A DNA stretch of 64,000 nt, from contig DASSCS010000038.1 in NCBI GenBank assembly GCA_035697515.1, positions 3,400 through 67,399 of the forward strand. The letters are read 5' to 3'. How positions within the stretch are numbered: position 1 is the stretch's first letter; each line of letters opens with the position of its first letter. The notes beneath the pieces were generated by a model, which did not search any database, was not told the origin of the DNA, and was given only the letters and a program-made list of their open reading frames with translations. The position numbers were made by a program, and so were the translations under genes. Source of the stretch: Acidimicrobiales bacterium (GTDB taxonomy: Bacteria > Actinomycetota > Acidimicrobiia > Acidimicrobiales > VFJN01). Below are positions 43,062 through 51,894 of the stretch, piece after piece.

Positions 43062-45290
43062 GTGAGCATCGCCATCGGTGAGGACCACCTGGCCCTCCGC
43101 GAGACCGCTCGTCGCTTCACCGCCGACCGCTGCGCGCCCGCGGTCGCGCGCGCGGCCATGGACGCCGACGCCGAGTCGCTCCCGCCGTTCTGGGCCAAGC
43201 TGGCCGAGCTCGGCTGGCTCGGCCTCGCCGTCGCCGAGGCCGACGGCGGCCAGGGCTTCGGCTACGCCGAGCTCGCGGTGGTCCTCGAAGAGCTGGGCCG
43301 CACCGTGGCACCGGGCCCGATGCTCCCCACCGCATGGGCGGCGGCCGTCATCGGCGAGGGCGCCCGCGACGGGCCCGCATCCGATCTCCTCCACGACCTG
43401 GCGTGCGGCCGGCGGGCCGGCACCGTCTCCCTCGGCGGCGCGATCCAGGCGACCCCGATGTCAGGCGGCGCCGGCCGGCTGCGCCTCAGCGGCACCGCCG
43501 GCCCGGTGCTGTGCGGCCTGATCGCCGACGTCGTGGTCGTGCCGGTGACCGTCAACGGCGACGAGCGGTGGGCGGTGCTCGCGGGAGCCGGCGCGGCGGG
43601 CGCCGGGGTCAGCGCCACCGCGCTCGACGCGCTCGACCCCACCCGGCGTCTCGCCCGGCTCGACCTGGCCGACGCGCCCGCCACGCTGTTGGCGGGCCTC
43701 ACCCGGGCGCGGGTCGAGACGCTGGGCGTGGCCCTGGCGGCCGCGGAGTGCTCCGGCGGGGCGGCGTGGTGCGTGGACACCGCCGCCGCCTACGCCAGCG
43801 ACCGGCGGCAGTTCGGTCGCCCGATCGGTCAGTTCCAGGCCGTGAAGCACCGCTGCGCCGACATGCTCGTGCACCTGGAACAGGTGCGGGGGGTGGCGTG
43901 GGACGCTACGGCGGCCCTCGACGGCGGCGACCCGGGGAGTCCCGAGGCGGCGCTGTCGGCAACCGCGGCCGGTGCGATCGCCTTCGAGAGCTTCGCCGCC
44001 GTCGCCAAGGACTGCATCCAGGTGCTGGGCGGCATCGGCTTCACCTGGGAGCACGACGCCCACCTCTACCTCCGCCGGGCCGCGGCGCTCCGCCAGCTCT
44101 TCGGCGGCGCCGCCCCGTGGCGGGTGGCGACGGCGCGCGCGGCGCTCGACGGGGTCCGCCGGCACCTCGGCCTCGAGCTGCCGGCGGACGCCGAGTCGTT
44201 CCGCGCCGAGGTGAGGACGACCGTGGAGGAGATAGCGGAGCTCCCGCGGGACGAGCGGCGCGGCCGGCTCGCCGACACCGGGCTCCTCGTGCCGCACTGG
44301 GCGCCCCCGTGGGGTCGGAACGCAGGCGCCGCCCAACAGCTCGTGATCGACCAGGAGCTGCGCCGGGCGAAGGTGCGGGCGCCCCACCTCCAGGTGGGCG
44401 CGTGGGCCGCCCCGACCATCGCCGCCCACGGCACGCCCGAGCAGCAGGAGCGCTGGGTGGGCCCGACCCTCCACGGCGAGATCGCCTGGTGCCAGCTCTT
44501 CAGCGAGCCCGACGCGGGCTCGGACCTGGCGTCGCTCACCACCACCGCCACACGCTCCGACGGCGGCTGGCTCCTCGACGGCCAGAAGGTGTGGACCACG
44601 ATGGCCGCGGAGGCCGACTGGGGGATCTGCCTGGCCCGCACCGACGCCGAGGCGCCGAAGCACCTCGGCATCACGTACTTCGTCGTCGACATGACGGCGC
44701 CGGGGATCGAGATCCGGCCGTTGCGCGAGCTCACTGGGCTGGCCATGTTCAACGAGGTGTTCCTCGACGGCGTGTTCGTGCCCGACGACTGCGTCGTGGG
44801 CGAGGTGAACGGCGGCTGGCCACTGGCCCGCACGACCCTGGCCAACGAGCGGGTGTCGATGGGCAACGGCTCGTCGTTCGGCGGCGGGATCGAGGCCCTC
44901 GTCGGCCTGGTGGCCCAGCGCATCGGCACCGGCGAGCTGGCCGCCGACCCCCTGCTGCTGGACCGGCTGGGGGCCCTCGTCGCCGAGGCGCACTCGGTCG
45001 CCGCCATCGGCGTGCGCGCCACCGCCCGGTCGCTCGCGGGCGCCGCGCCCGGCGCCGAGGCGAGCGTCCGCAAGCTCCTCGGCGTGGAGCACGACCAGCG
45101 CACCCAGGAGCTGGGGCTGCTGCTGCTCGGCCCCGAGGGCGCCACCACCGTCGGCACGGCCGGGCAGTGGACCTTCGGGTTCCTCGCCAATCGCTGCCTC
45201 ACCATCGCCGGGGGGACCAGCGAGATCCAGCGCAACGTCATCGGCGAGCGGCTCCTCGGCCTGCCGCGGGACCCGGAGCCGTCGCCGTGA
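43062..45290 (+). CDS. Fused double acyl-CoA dehydrogenase (two ACAD-like halves in one chain)
   Basis: 742 aa. The N-terminal half (FWAKLAELGWLGLAV ... DRRQFGRPIGQFQAVKHRCADM) and the C-terminal half (WCQLFSEPDAGSDLASL ... DGQKVWTT ... IAGGTSEIQRNVIGERLLGLP) each resemble a complete ACAD. Confidence 0.85.
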   Translation: MSIAIGEDHLALRETARRFTADRCAPAVARAAMDADAESLPPFWAKLAELGWLGLAVAEADGGQGFGYAELAVVLEELGRTVAPGPMLPTAWAAAVIGEGARDGPASDLLHDLACGRRAGTVSLGGAIQATPMSGGAGRLRLSGTAGPVLCGLIADVVVVPVTVNGDERWAVLAGAGAAGAGVSATALDALDPTRRLARLDLADAPATLLAGLTRARVETLGVALAAAECSGGAAWCVDTAAAYASDRRQFGRPIGQFQAVKHRCADMLVHLEQVRGVAWDATAALDGGDPGSPEAALSATAAGAIAFESFAAVAKDCIQVLGGIGFTWEHDAHLYLRRAAALRQLFGGAAPWRVATARAALDGVRRHLGLELPADAESFRAEVRTTVEEIAELPRDERRGRLADTGLLVPHWAPPWGRNAGAAQQLVIDQELRRAKVRAPHLQVGAWAAPTIAAHGTPEQQERWVGPTLHGEIAWCQLFSEPDAGSDLASLTTTATRSDGGWLLDGQKVWTTMAAEADWGICLARTDAEAPKHLGITYFVVDMTAPGIEIRPLRELTGLAMFNEVFLDGVFVPDDCVVGEVNGGWPLARTTLANERVSMGNGSSFGGGIEALVGLVAQRIGTGELAADPLLLDRLGALVAEAHSVAAIGVRATARSLAGAAPGAEASVRKLLGVEHDQRTQELGLLLLGPEGATTVGTAGQWTFGFLANRCLTIAGGTSEIQRNVIGERLLGLPRDPEPSP

Positions 45291-45309
45291 GCCCGGGCGG
45301 GCAGGGCTG

Positions 45310-46842
45310 ATGGCGGACCTCCTGCCCGACCAGCTCCGGCTCATGGCCGCGGCGCTGCCGGACGAGGTGGCGTTCAGCGACGTCGTCGCCAACCGCGACA
45401 TGACCTTCCGCCAGTGGGAGTCGCGGTCGAACCGGCTGGCGCGCTGGCTCGTGGGCCAGGGGGTCGCCAAGGGCGACCGGGTGGCCATCCACGTGCCGCC
45501 CGAGGAGGGCGACCGCTTCCTGCTCACGTACTCGGCCATCCACAAGGCCGGCGCGGTCGCCGTCCCCACCAGCACCCGCTTGGTGTCCCGCGAGCTCGGG
45601 TACGTGCTCGCCCACGCCGGCGCCGCCGTCGCCGTCAGCGGCGCCACCACTACGCCGGCGCTGGCGGCGGCGCGGGCCGACCTGCCCGACCTGCGCGCCG
45701 TCGTGACCACCGGCCCGGCCGGCACGAGCGAGGGCCTCGTCAGCTGGGACGACGCCACCGACGAGGACGACTCGGCCATCCAGATCCCCGTCACCGGCGA
45801 CGACATGGCCGACATCATGTACACCTCGGGCACCACCGGCCTCCCGAAGGGCGTGGTCGTCCGGCACCGGACCGTGGCCATGGTGCCGAACGGCCTGCCC
45901 CGCTGGGGGCGCAGCGGCTGGCTCCACTCGTCGCCGATGTTCACGTTCGCGGGCATCGCGTCGACGCACAACCCGATGAAGCTCGGCATGCCGCTGCTCT
46001 ACCTGCCCCGCTTCGACGTCGAGCGCTGGTTCGACGCGGTCGAGCAGCGCCGGCCGCGCGCCACCTTCCTCGTGCCGGCCATGGCCGAGCTGCTCGTCGC
46101 CAGCCCCCGCTTCGACGACGCCGACCTCTCGTCGATCACGCTGTGCTCGCTGGGCAGCGCGCCGGTGGCCCCGGGCACCCTCGCCCGGCTCCAGGACAAG
46201 CTCCCGCACGCGATGGTCTCCAACTCGTGGGGCATGACCGAGGCCGGGCCGGCCTTCTGCTTCATGCCGCCCGAGGAGCAGGCCGAGCGGGTCGGCTCGG
46301 TGGGCCGACCGGTGCCGCCCACCGAGTTCCGCGTCGTGGACGAGCACGGCGCGGCGCTCGGCGCGGGCGAGATCGGCGAGCTGATCGTCCGGAACCCCGG
46401 ACGCGAGCGCGAGTACTTCCGGGATCCCGAGGCCACCGCCAGCACCTGGCGCGGCGGGTGGCTGCACTCCGGCGACCTCGCCTACCTCGACGAGGCCGGC
46501 TTCCTCTACATCGTGGGTCGCCAGAAGGACGTGATCATCCGCGGCGGCAACAACGTGCACGCCACCGACGTCGAGGCCGTCCTGTACGAGCACCCGGGGG
46601 TGCAGGAGGCGGCGGTCGCCGGTGTCACCCACGCCGTGCTGGGCGAGGACGTCGGCGCCTGGATCGTCCGCGCCCCCGGCGCCCAGGTCACCACCGGGGA
46701 GCTGCAGGCGTTCTGCGCCGAGCGCCTCAGCGACTACAAGGTCCCCCGCGTGGTGACGTTCGTCGACGAGTTGCCCCGCAACGCGACGGGCAAGGTGCTC
46801 AAGCGCGACCTCCCCGGCCGGGGCTCGACGGCGTGGACGTGA
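45310..46842 (+). CDS. AMP-dependent acyl-CoA synthetase/ligase
   Basis: YTSGTTGLPKGV, GWLHSGDLAYLDEAGFLYIVGRQKD and a C-terminal PRNATGKVLK motif. Confidence 0.9.
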   Translation: MADLLPDQLRLMAAALPDEVAFSDVVANRDMTFRQWESRSNRLARWLVGQGVAKGDRVAIHVPPEEGDRFLLTYSAIHKAGAVAVPTSTRLVSRELGYVLAHAGAAVAVSGATTTPALAAARADLPDLRAVVTTGPAGTSEGLVSWDDATDEDDSAIQIPVTGDDMADIMYTSGTTGLPKGVVVRHRTVAMVPNGLPRWGRSGWLHSSPMFTFAGIASTHNPMKLGMPLLYLPRFDVERWFDAVEQRRPRATFLVPAMAELLVASPRFDDADLSSITLCSLGSAPVAPGTLARLQDKLPHAMVSNSWGMTEAGPAFCFMPPEEQAERVGSVGRPVPPTEFRVVDEHGAALGAGEIGELIVRNPGREREYFRDPEATASTWRGGWLHSGDLAYLDEAGFLYIVGRQKDVIIRGGNNVHATDVEAVLYEHPGVQEAAVAGVTHAVLGEDVGAWIVRAPGAQVTTGELQAFCAERLSDYKVPRVVTFVDELPRNATGKVLKRDLPGRGSTAWT

Positions 46843-47492
46843 TCGCCCACATCCTGGCGCAACGGGCCTGCCGGGCGTTCGCCGACAGCCCGGTCCCCGA
46901 CGGCGACCTGGTCACGATGGTGCGGGCCGCCACCCACGCGCCGAGCGCCGAGAACCGCCAGCCGTGGGTCTTCGTCGTCGTGCGCGAGGCGGCGACCCGG
47001 GAGGCGATCGCCGAGATCACCCGGCGGGTCTGGGCCGGCGGCGGCCGCCGGCACGCGCAGCGGAGCCTCGCACCCCCGTTCTTCGCCGCGGTGGACGAGT
47101 TCGTCGAGCGGGGCTACGGCGGCGCACCCGTGCTCGTCGTCGTCGCCGCGGACGGCCGGGGCGGGGTGCCCGCCGCCGTCCTCGCGTCGTCGGTGTTCCC
47201 CGCCGCCCAGAACCTGCTGCTCGCGGCGGGCGCGCTCGGTTACGGCTCGTCGATGACCACGCTGGCCGCGCAGGACCCGGACGCCCTCGCCGCCGCCGTG
47301 GGACTGCCCGCCGGCGTCCGCCCGCTGGCCGTCGTACCCGTCGGCCGGCCGGCGAGGCCACTCGGGCGGCCGCGACGGCGACCCGTCGACGAGGTCGCCC
47401 ACCTCGACGCGTTCGGCACGCCGTTCGGGCCGGTCACGAGCCCGGGGAGCGACGCCGCAGCGCCGCCACGCCCCGCTCCACCGCCTGCCTGA
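46839..47492 (+). CDS. Nitroreductase family protein
   Basis: GTGA overlap with the ligase stop. HAPSAENRQPW motif. A low-complexity Pro/Ala tail overlaps the convergent gene by 59 nt. Confidence 0.75.
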   Translation: MIAHILAQRACRAFADSPVPDGDLVTMVRAATHAPSAENRQPWVFVVVREAATREAIAEITRRVWAGGGRRHAQRSLAPPFFAAVDEFVERGYGGAPVLVVVAADGRGGVPAAVLASSVFPAAQNLLLAAGALGYGSSMTTLAAQDPDALAAAVGLPAGVRPLAVVPVGRPARPLGRPRRRPVDEVAHLDAFGTPFGPVTSPGSDAAAPPRPAPPPA

Positions 47493-47925
47493 CGAGGACG
47501 TCGTTGCCGGCCGAGATGAACCGGTGGACCCGGGCTTCGAGGGCGCGGCGGGCGAGGGGGTTGAACGCCTCGTACGTCTCCCCGAAGGTGACCCTCGTCC
47601 GCCCGCCGCTCACGCCCTCGATGCGGTGCCAGCCGCTGGCTCGCGACCACAGCGGCTTGCCCACGGCCTCGTAGCGCGACCACTCGCCGGGGCGGGACTC
47701 CGTGACGACCTCCCACGAGCGCCCGACGCCCCCGCTGAGGAGGTAGCGGGGCACCCGGAACGTGCACTGCCGGACCAGGCCGAGGCCGTGCTCGTCGCCG
47801 GGGTGGACGATCTCGATGCGGACGTCGCCGTGCTCGATCACACCCCGCCCGAGCCGCGGATGCAGCGACCGCCACACCTCCGCCGGCGTGGCGTCGACCT
47901 CGAACGAGAACTCGTGCTCCTGCAC
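47434..47925 (-). CDS. SRPBCC (START / polyketide cyclase-dehydrase-like) family protein
   Basis: 163 aa. The FEVDATPAEVWRSL opening and overall pattern are typical of the SRPBCC fold. Confidence 0.7.
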   Translation of the reverse strand: MQEHEFSFEVDATPAEVWRSLHPRLGRGVIEHGDVRIEIVHPGDEHGLGLVRQCTFRVPRYLLSGGVGRSWEVVTESRPGEWSRYEAVGKPLWSRASGWHRIEGVSGGRTRVTFGETYEAFNPLARRALEARVHRFISAGNDVLVRQAVERGVAALRRRSPGS

Positions 47926-47935
47926 GGCCGGCCAC

Positions 47936-48349
47936 CTACCGCGGGAGCAGCTCGAGGAGCTGGCCGTCGGGGTCGCGGACCATGATCGCCTGTCCGCCGA
48001 CGTCGGTGTCGGCGAGCACCTCGCCGCCCAGGCCGGCGACCTTGGCGCAGGTGGCGGCGATGTCGTCGACCGAGAAGGAGATGTGGGTGAGCCCCGGCTC
48101 GGTGAAGGACCGGTCGCGCCGGGGTTCGTTGCCGTCGCGGGCGAAGTGCAGCAGCTCGAGCACGAAGCCGTCCCGCTCGAGGTACGCGGCGGTCAGGTGC
48201 ACCGGCTCGGGCACCCGCAGCAGCCGGGAGGCGGCGGCATCGGGAACGCGCAGGTCATCGCGGTGGGCGCACCCGAAGACCTCCTCGTAGAAGCGCCGCG
48301 AGCGGTCGAGGTCGGTGACGCAGAGGCCGACGTGGTTGACGACGCTCAT
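47936..48349 (-). CDS. VOC family protein
   Basis: VNHVGLCVTDLDRSRRFYEEVFG ... LTHISFSVDD ... VRDPDGQLLEL. ATGA overlap with the SDR stop. Confidence 0.85.
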   Translation of the reverse strand: MSVVNHVGLCVTDLDRSRRFYEEVFGCAHRDDLRVPDAAASRLLRVPEPVHLTAAYLERDGFVLELLHFARDGNEPRRDRSFTEPGLTHISFSVDDIAATCAKVAGLGGEVLADTDVGGQAIMVRDPDGQLLELLPR

Positions 48350-49125
48350 GGCCGGCGGTCCCGGGCGAAGGCGACCACGCCGGCGAGGAACCCGTCCACG
48401 TCGCCGGTCTTCAGCTCGACGATGGGCTTCATGTCGGGCAGGTAGTGCTCGAACCGGTCGCCCTCGATGGCGTCGACGATGCCGGCGGCGACGTCCTCGG
48501 CCGGCTCGAAGGGACCGTCGTACAGCGGCGGGTCGTTGCCGGGCTGGTCCCAGATCTCCGTGGCCACGGCGCCGGGGAGGACGAGCCTGACATCCACCGG
48601 CGTGTCCCACAGATCGAGCTGCATCGCCTCCGACCAGCCGGCCAGGGCGAACTTCGACGCGCAGTAGGCGGCCTCGCCGGGGATGCCCACCCGGCCGCCG
48701 AAGCTGGACACGTTGACGATGACCCCGCGGCCCCGCTCGAGCATGCAGGGGAGGACCGCCAACGACATCCGGACCGGCGACTCGAAGTTCACCGCCATGG
48801 TGTGGCGGATCTCGTCGAGGGTGAGGTCGGTGACGGCGCGGCGCTTGGGGACGGCGGCGTTGTTCACGAGGACGTCGATGCCGTCGAGCTCGGCCCACGC
48901 CCGGCGGGCGAGCGCCTCGGCCGCATCGGTGTCGCCCAGGTCGGCCACCCACATGCGCGAACCGGGCCGGTGCCGCCGGCAGCGCTCGAGCACCTCGGCG
49001 AGGCGGTCCGCGCGTCGGGCGACGATGCCGACCGTGGCCCCCCGCTCCGCCAGCAGGGGAGCGAGCGCCGCCCCGATGCCGGACGACGCCCCCGTGACCA
49101 CGACTCTCGCCTCGGCGACCTGCAT
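48346..49125 (-). CDS. SDR family oxidoreductase
   Basis: TGASSGIG, NNAA and YCASKFA motifs. Start trimmed to ATG 49125. Confidence 0.9.
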   Translation of the reverse strand: MQVAEARVVVTGASSGIGAALAPLLAERGATVGIVARRADRLAEVLERCRRHRPGSRMWVADLGDTDAAEALARRAWAELDGIDVLVNNAAVPKRRAVTDLTLDEIRHTMAVNFESPVRMSLAVLPCMLERGRGVIVNVSSFGGRVGIPGEAAYCASKFALAGWSEAMQLDLWDTPVDVRLVLPGAVATEIWDQPGNDPPLYDGPFEPAEDVAAGIVDAIEGDRFEHYLPDMKPIVELKTGDVDGFLAGVVAFARDRRP

Positions 49126-49132
49126 GGCGCGC

Positions 49133-49138
49133 ACCGTA
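49133..49138 (-). promoter_or_regulatory. -10 hexamer (TACGGT) of a leaderless promoter
   Basis: The reverse strand reads TACGGT-gcgcgcc-ATG (start 49125). 7-nt spacing. Confidence 0.5.
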
Positions 49139-49139
49139 C

Positions 49140-49155
49140 CTGACGCCACTGTCAG
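49140..49155. promoter_or_regulatory. Recurring palindromic box, copy 6 (CTGACGCCACTGTCAG, perfect half-sites)
   Basis: Sits 1 nt beyond the -10 of the SDR/VOC/SRPBCC operon, the same geometry as copy 4. It is 10 nt downstream of the TetR stop. Confidence 0.55.
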
Positions 49156-49165
49156 ACGGCTGCCG

Positions 49166-50428
49166 TCAGGCGGACAGGCCGAGGAACCCGCGCCGGATGG
49201 CCACGAGCATGTTCTCCACCGCATCGTCCTCGGTCGTGAACCGCAGGGTGTAGACGCTGTACGGCACCCGCTCGATGAGCGCGAGGAGGGTCGTGGCGTC
49301 GACCACGGGGTTGCCGAAGTCACGCCCCTCCAGCATCCGCACCAGCCGCGTGAACACCGACGCGGCCACCCGCTGGGAGAAGGCGACCAGCTCGTCGCTG
49401 GTCCGCATCTCCTGCCAGGTGCTGATGACGCCGCCGTCGGCCCTGTACGCGCCCAGCCACGTGCGCAGCCACGCACGGAGCTCGTCGGGCGGGGCGTCCA
49501 GGCGAAGCTCGTCGACGAGGTCGATCATGCGCGCCGCCGCCGCCTGCGCCAGCACGCGGAAGAAGTCGTCCTTGTTCTCGAAGTACCGGTAGAAGGTGCC
49601 GTGGCTGACACCGGCGGCGGCGACGATGTCGTCGACCCGCGTGTCGTGGTAGCCCCGCGCCGGCAGCACGGAGGCACCCGCGTCGAGCAGCCGCAGGCGG
49701 GTCTTCTCGCCCCGGGGCCGGAGGAGGCGGGCGTCGGGGGTGGGCTCGGGGGCGGTGACCGGCGCACCGCGCCCGCGGGTGGCGCCGGAGCGGACCACGT
49801 TCACGCCCTCGATCGGGCCCTCGAGGATGCGGTGGAAGAGCTGGGCCACGCCGTCGACGAGGGGCTGCGGGCTGGTGTCGGCTGGTGTCCGCTCGGCATA
49901 GAAGCTGCAGCGGATCAGCACCGAGACGAGGTTGTTCACCAGCGTCGCGTTCCGGGTCGTGTCCTCCAGCCCGAAGGCGCGCAGGAGCGCCAGGCCGGTG
50001 CGGTCGGCGACGCCGCTCGAGCTGCGGGCCTCGGGCTGATGGTCGCGGCTGGCGGCCTGGAACGAGGCGAAGACCGGCGACCACGCCTCGTGCAGGGCCA
50101 TGAACTCGCCGATCCAGTCGGTGAGGTGGGCCAGGCCGTCTCGGTCGGGCGTGATGCGGCCCAGCCGCTCGGCCAGCGCCACCATCTCCCGGCCGAGCTC
50201 GCCGGCGAGGAGCCAGAACACGGCGTCCTTGCTGGAGAAGTACTGGTAGAAGGCGGGGCGTGAGCAGCCGGCGCGCTCGGTGATGAGCTCGACGCGGGAC
50301 TCGGCGAAGCCGACCTGACCGAACACCTCGAGCGCGGCGCCGAGGATGCGGCGCTGCGTGTCGGTGCCGCGCTCGCCGACCAGCGGGTTGCGCCCGAAGG
50401 GCGGCCTCCGCACGACGCTCGTGTCCAT
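49166..50428 (-). CDS. Tandem (double) TetR family transcriptional regulator
   Basis: 420 aa with two complete TetR_N HTH units: RRILGAALEVFGQVGFAESRVELITERAGCSRPAFYQYFSSKDAVF, and RLRLLDAGASVLPARGYHDTRVDDIVAAAGVSHGTFYRYFENKDDFF about 220 aa later. Each is followed by its own helical ligand domain. Confidence 0.85.
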   Translation of the reverse strand: MDTSVVRRPPFGRNPLVGERGTDTQRRILGAALEVFGQVGFAESRVELITERAGCSRPAFYQYFSSKDAVFWLLAGELGREMVALAERLGRITPDRDGLAHLTDWIGEFMALHEAWSPVFASFQAASRDHQPEARSSSGVADRTGLALLRAFGLEDTTRNATLVNNLVSVLIRCSFYAERTPADTSPQPLVDGVAQLFHRILEGPIEGVNVVRSGATRGRGAPVTAPEPTPDARLLRPRGEKTRLRLLDAGASVLPARGYHDTRVDDIVAAAGVSHGTFYRYFENKDDFFRVLAQAAAARMIDLVDELRLDAPPDELRAWLRTWLGAYRADGGVISTWQEMRTSDELVAFSQRVAASVFTRLVRMLEGRDFGNPVVDATTLLALIERVPYSVYTLRFTTEDDAVENMLVAIRRGFLGLSA

Positions 50429-50435
50429 CGCCGGA

Positions 50436-50441
50436 ACGCTA
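50436..50441 (-). promoter_or_regulatory. -10 hexamer (TAGCGT) of a leaderless promoter for the TetR gene
   Basis: The reverse strand reads TAGCGT-tccggcg-ATG (start 50428). 7-nt spacing. Confidence 0.45.
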
Positions 50442-50570
50442 CCCAGCGCTTCTCGCTCGCCGGGTGACCGGTGCGGGGCCACCACCACGTCGCCCACCCG
50501 ACGGTGGTGGACCCTGGAGCGACCCCGGCGCCGCCTCCACGCAGTTGCACGATCGCATCCCGACAGTAAT

Positions 50571-50586
50571 CTAACAGCAACGTCAC
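50571..50586. promoter_or_regulatory. Recurring palindromic box, copy 7 (CTAACAGCAACGTCAC)
   Basis: Overlaps a TAATCT hexamer (50567-50572), 25 nt upstream of the amidohydrolase ATG at 50611 and divergent from the TetR gene. Confidence 0.5.
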
Positions 50587-50610
50587 ATCTCATCGTCCGG
50601 GGGACGGGGC

Positions 50611-51894
50611 ATGCGCGTCGACGATCTGGTCCTGGTGAGCGTGGACGACCACGTCGTCGAGCCTCCCGACCTGTTCGAGGGGCGCCTGTCGGCGAAGGCG
50701 GCCGAGCGCGCGCCGTTCGTCCGGAAGCTGGAGAACGGGCGCGAGGTCTGGATGTTCGAGGGCACGGCCCTGCCGAACGTCGGCCTCAACGCCGTGGCGG
50801 GCCGGGTGCCGGAGGAGTACGGCCTCGACCCGCTGGCGTTCTCGGAGATGCGGCCCGGCTGCTACGACATCCATGAGCGCATCCGCGACATGAACGTCAA
50901 CGGAGTGCTCGGCTCGCTCAACTTCCCCAGCCTGGCCGGCTTCACCGGGCAGCTCTTCTCCACCTGCGACGACCGGGACATCGCCATCGAGCTGCTGCGC
51001 GCCTACAACGACTGGCACGTGGAGGACTGGTGCGGCACCTATCCGGGCCGCATGATCCCTCTGGCCGTTCCCCCCATCTGGGACGCCGAGCTCATGGCGG
51101 CCGAGGTCCGGCGCATGGCCGGGAAGGGCTGCCACGCGGTCACCTTCTCCGAGAACCCCGAGAAGCTCGGCCGGCCCAGCTGGCACAGCGACCACTGGGA
51201 CCCGTTCCTCGCCGCCTGCGAGGAGGTGGGCACCGTCATCTGCCTGCACATCGGCTCGTCGTCGCAGACCGTCATCACGGCCATGGACGCGCCGATCGAC
51301 ACGATGATCACGCTGCAGCCGATGAACATCGTCCAGTGCGCGGCCGACCTCGTGTGGTCGCCGGTGTTCCGGAAGTTCCCGCGCCTGAAGGTGGCGCTCA
51401 GCGAGGGGGGCATCGGGTGGGTGCCCTACTTCCTCGAGCGGCTCGACTACGTCTACCAGCACCACCGGGCGTGGACGAACCAGGACTTCGGCGACAAGCT
51501 GCCGAGCCAGGTCTTCAACGAGCACGTCCTCACCTGCTTCATCGACGACGCCGTGGGCATGGAGGTGCGCCACCACCTCAACCCCGACCACATCCACTGG
51601 GAGTGCGACTACCCCCACTCCGACTCCACCTGGCCGCACGCCCCCGAGCTGGCGATGAAGTACCTCGAGGGCCTGCCCGACGAGGACATCGACCGCATCA
51701 CGCACCGCAACGCCATCGCCAACTTCAGCTTCGACCCCTTCGCCCACACCCCGCGGGAGCAGGCCACGGTGGGGGCGCTCCGGGCGCAGGCCACCGACGT
51801 CGACACCACGCCGGTGAGCCACGGCACCGGGAAGTTCCAGGAAGAGGGCATCGTGACCGCGATGACGCTCGCCGAGCGCCTGGCCCGCAAGTGA
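50611..51894 (+). CDS. Amidohydrolase_2 family protein
   Basis: 427 aa. LVSVDDHVVEPPDLF opening, AVTFSENP and the HWECDYPHSDSTWP motif. Confidence 0.8.
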   Translation: MRVDDLVLVSVDDHVVEPPDLFEGRLSAKAAERAPFVRKLENGREVWMFEGTALPNVGLNAVAGRVPEEYGLDPLAFSEMRPGCYDIHERIRDMNVNGVLGSLNFPSLAGFTGQLFSTCDDRDIAIELLRAYNDWHVEDWCGTYPGRMIPLAVPPIWDAELMAAEVRRMAGKGCHAVTFSENPEKLGRPSWHSDHWDPFLAACEEVGTVICLHIGSSSQTVITAMDAPIDTMITLQPMNIVQCAADLVWSPVFRKFPRLKVALSEGGIGWVPYFLERLDYVYQHHRAWTNQDFGDKLPSQVFNEHVLTCFIDDAVGMEVRHHLNPDHIHWECDYPHSDSTWPHAPELAMKYLEGLPDEDIDRITHRNAIANFSFDPFAHTPREQATVGALRAQATDVDTTPVSHGTGKFQEEGIVTAMTLAERLARK

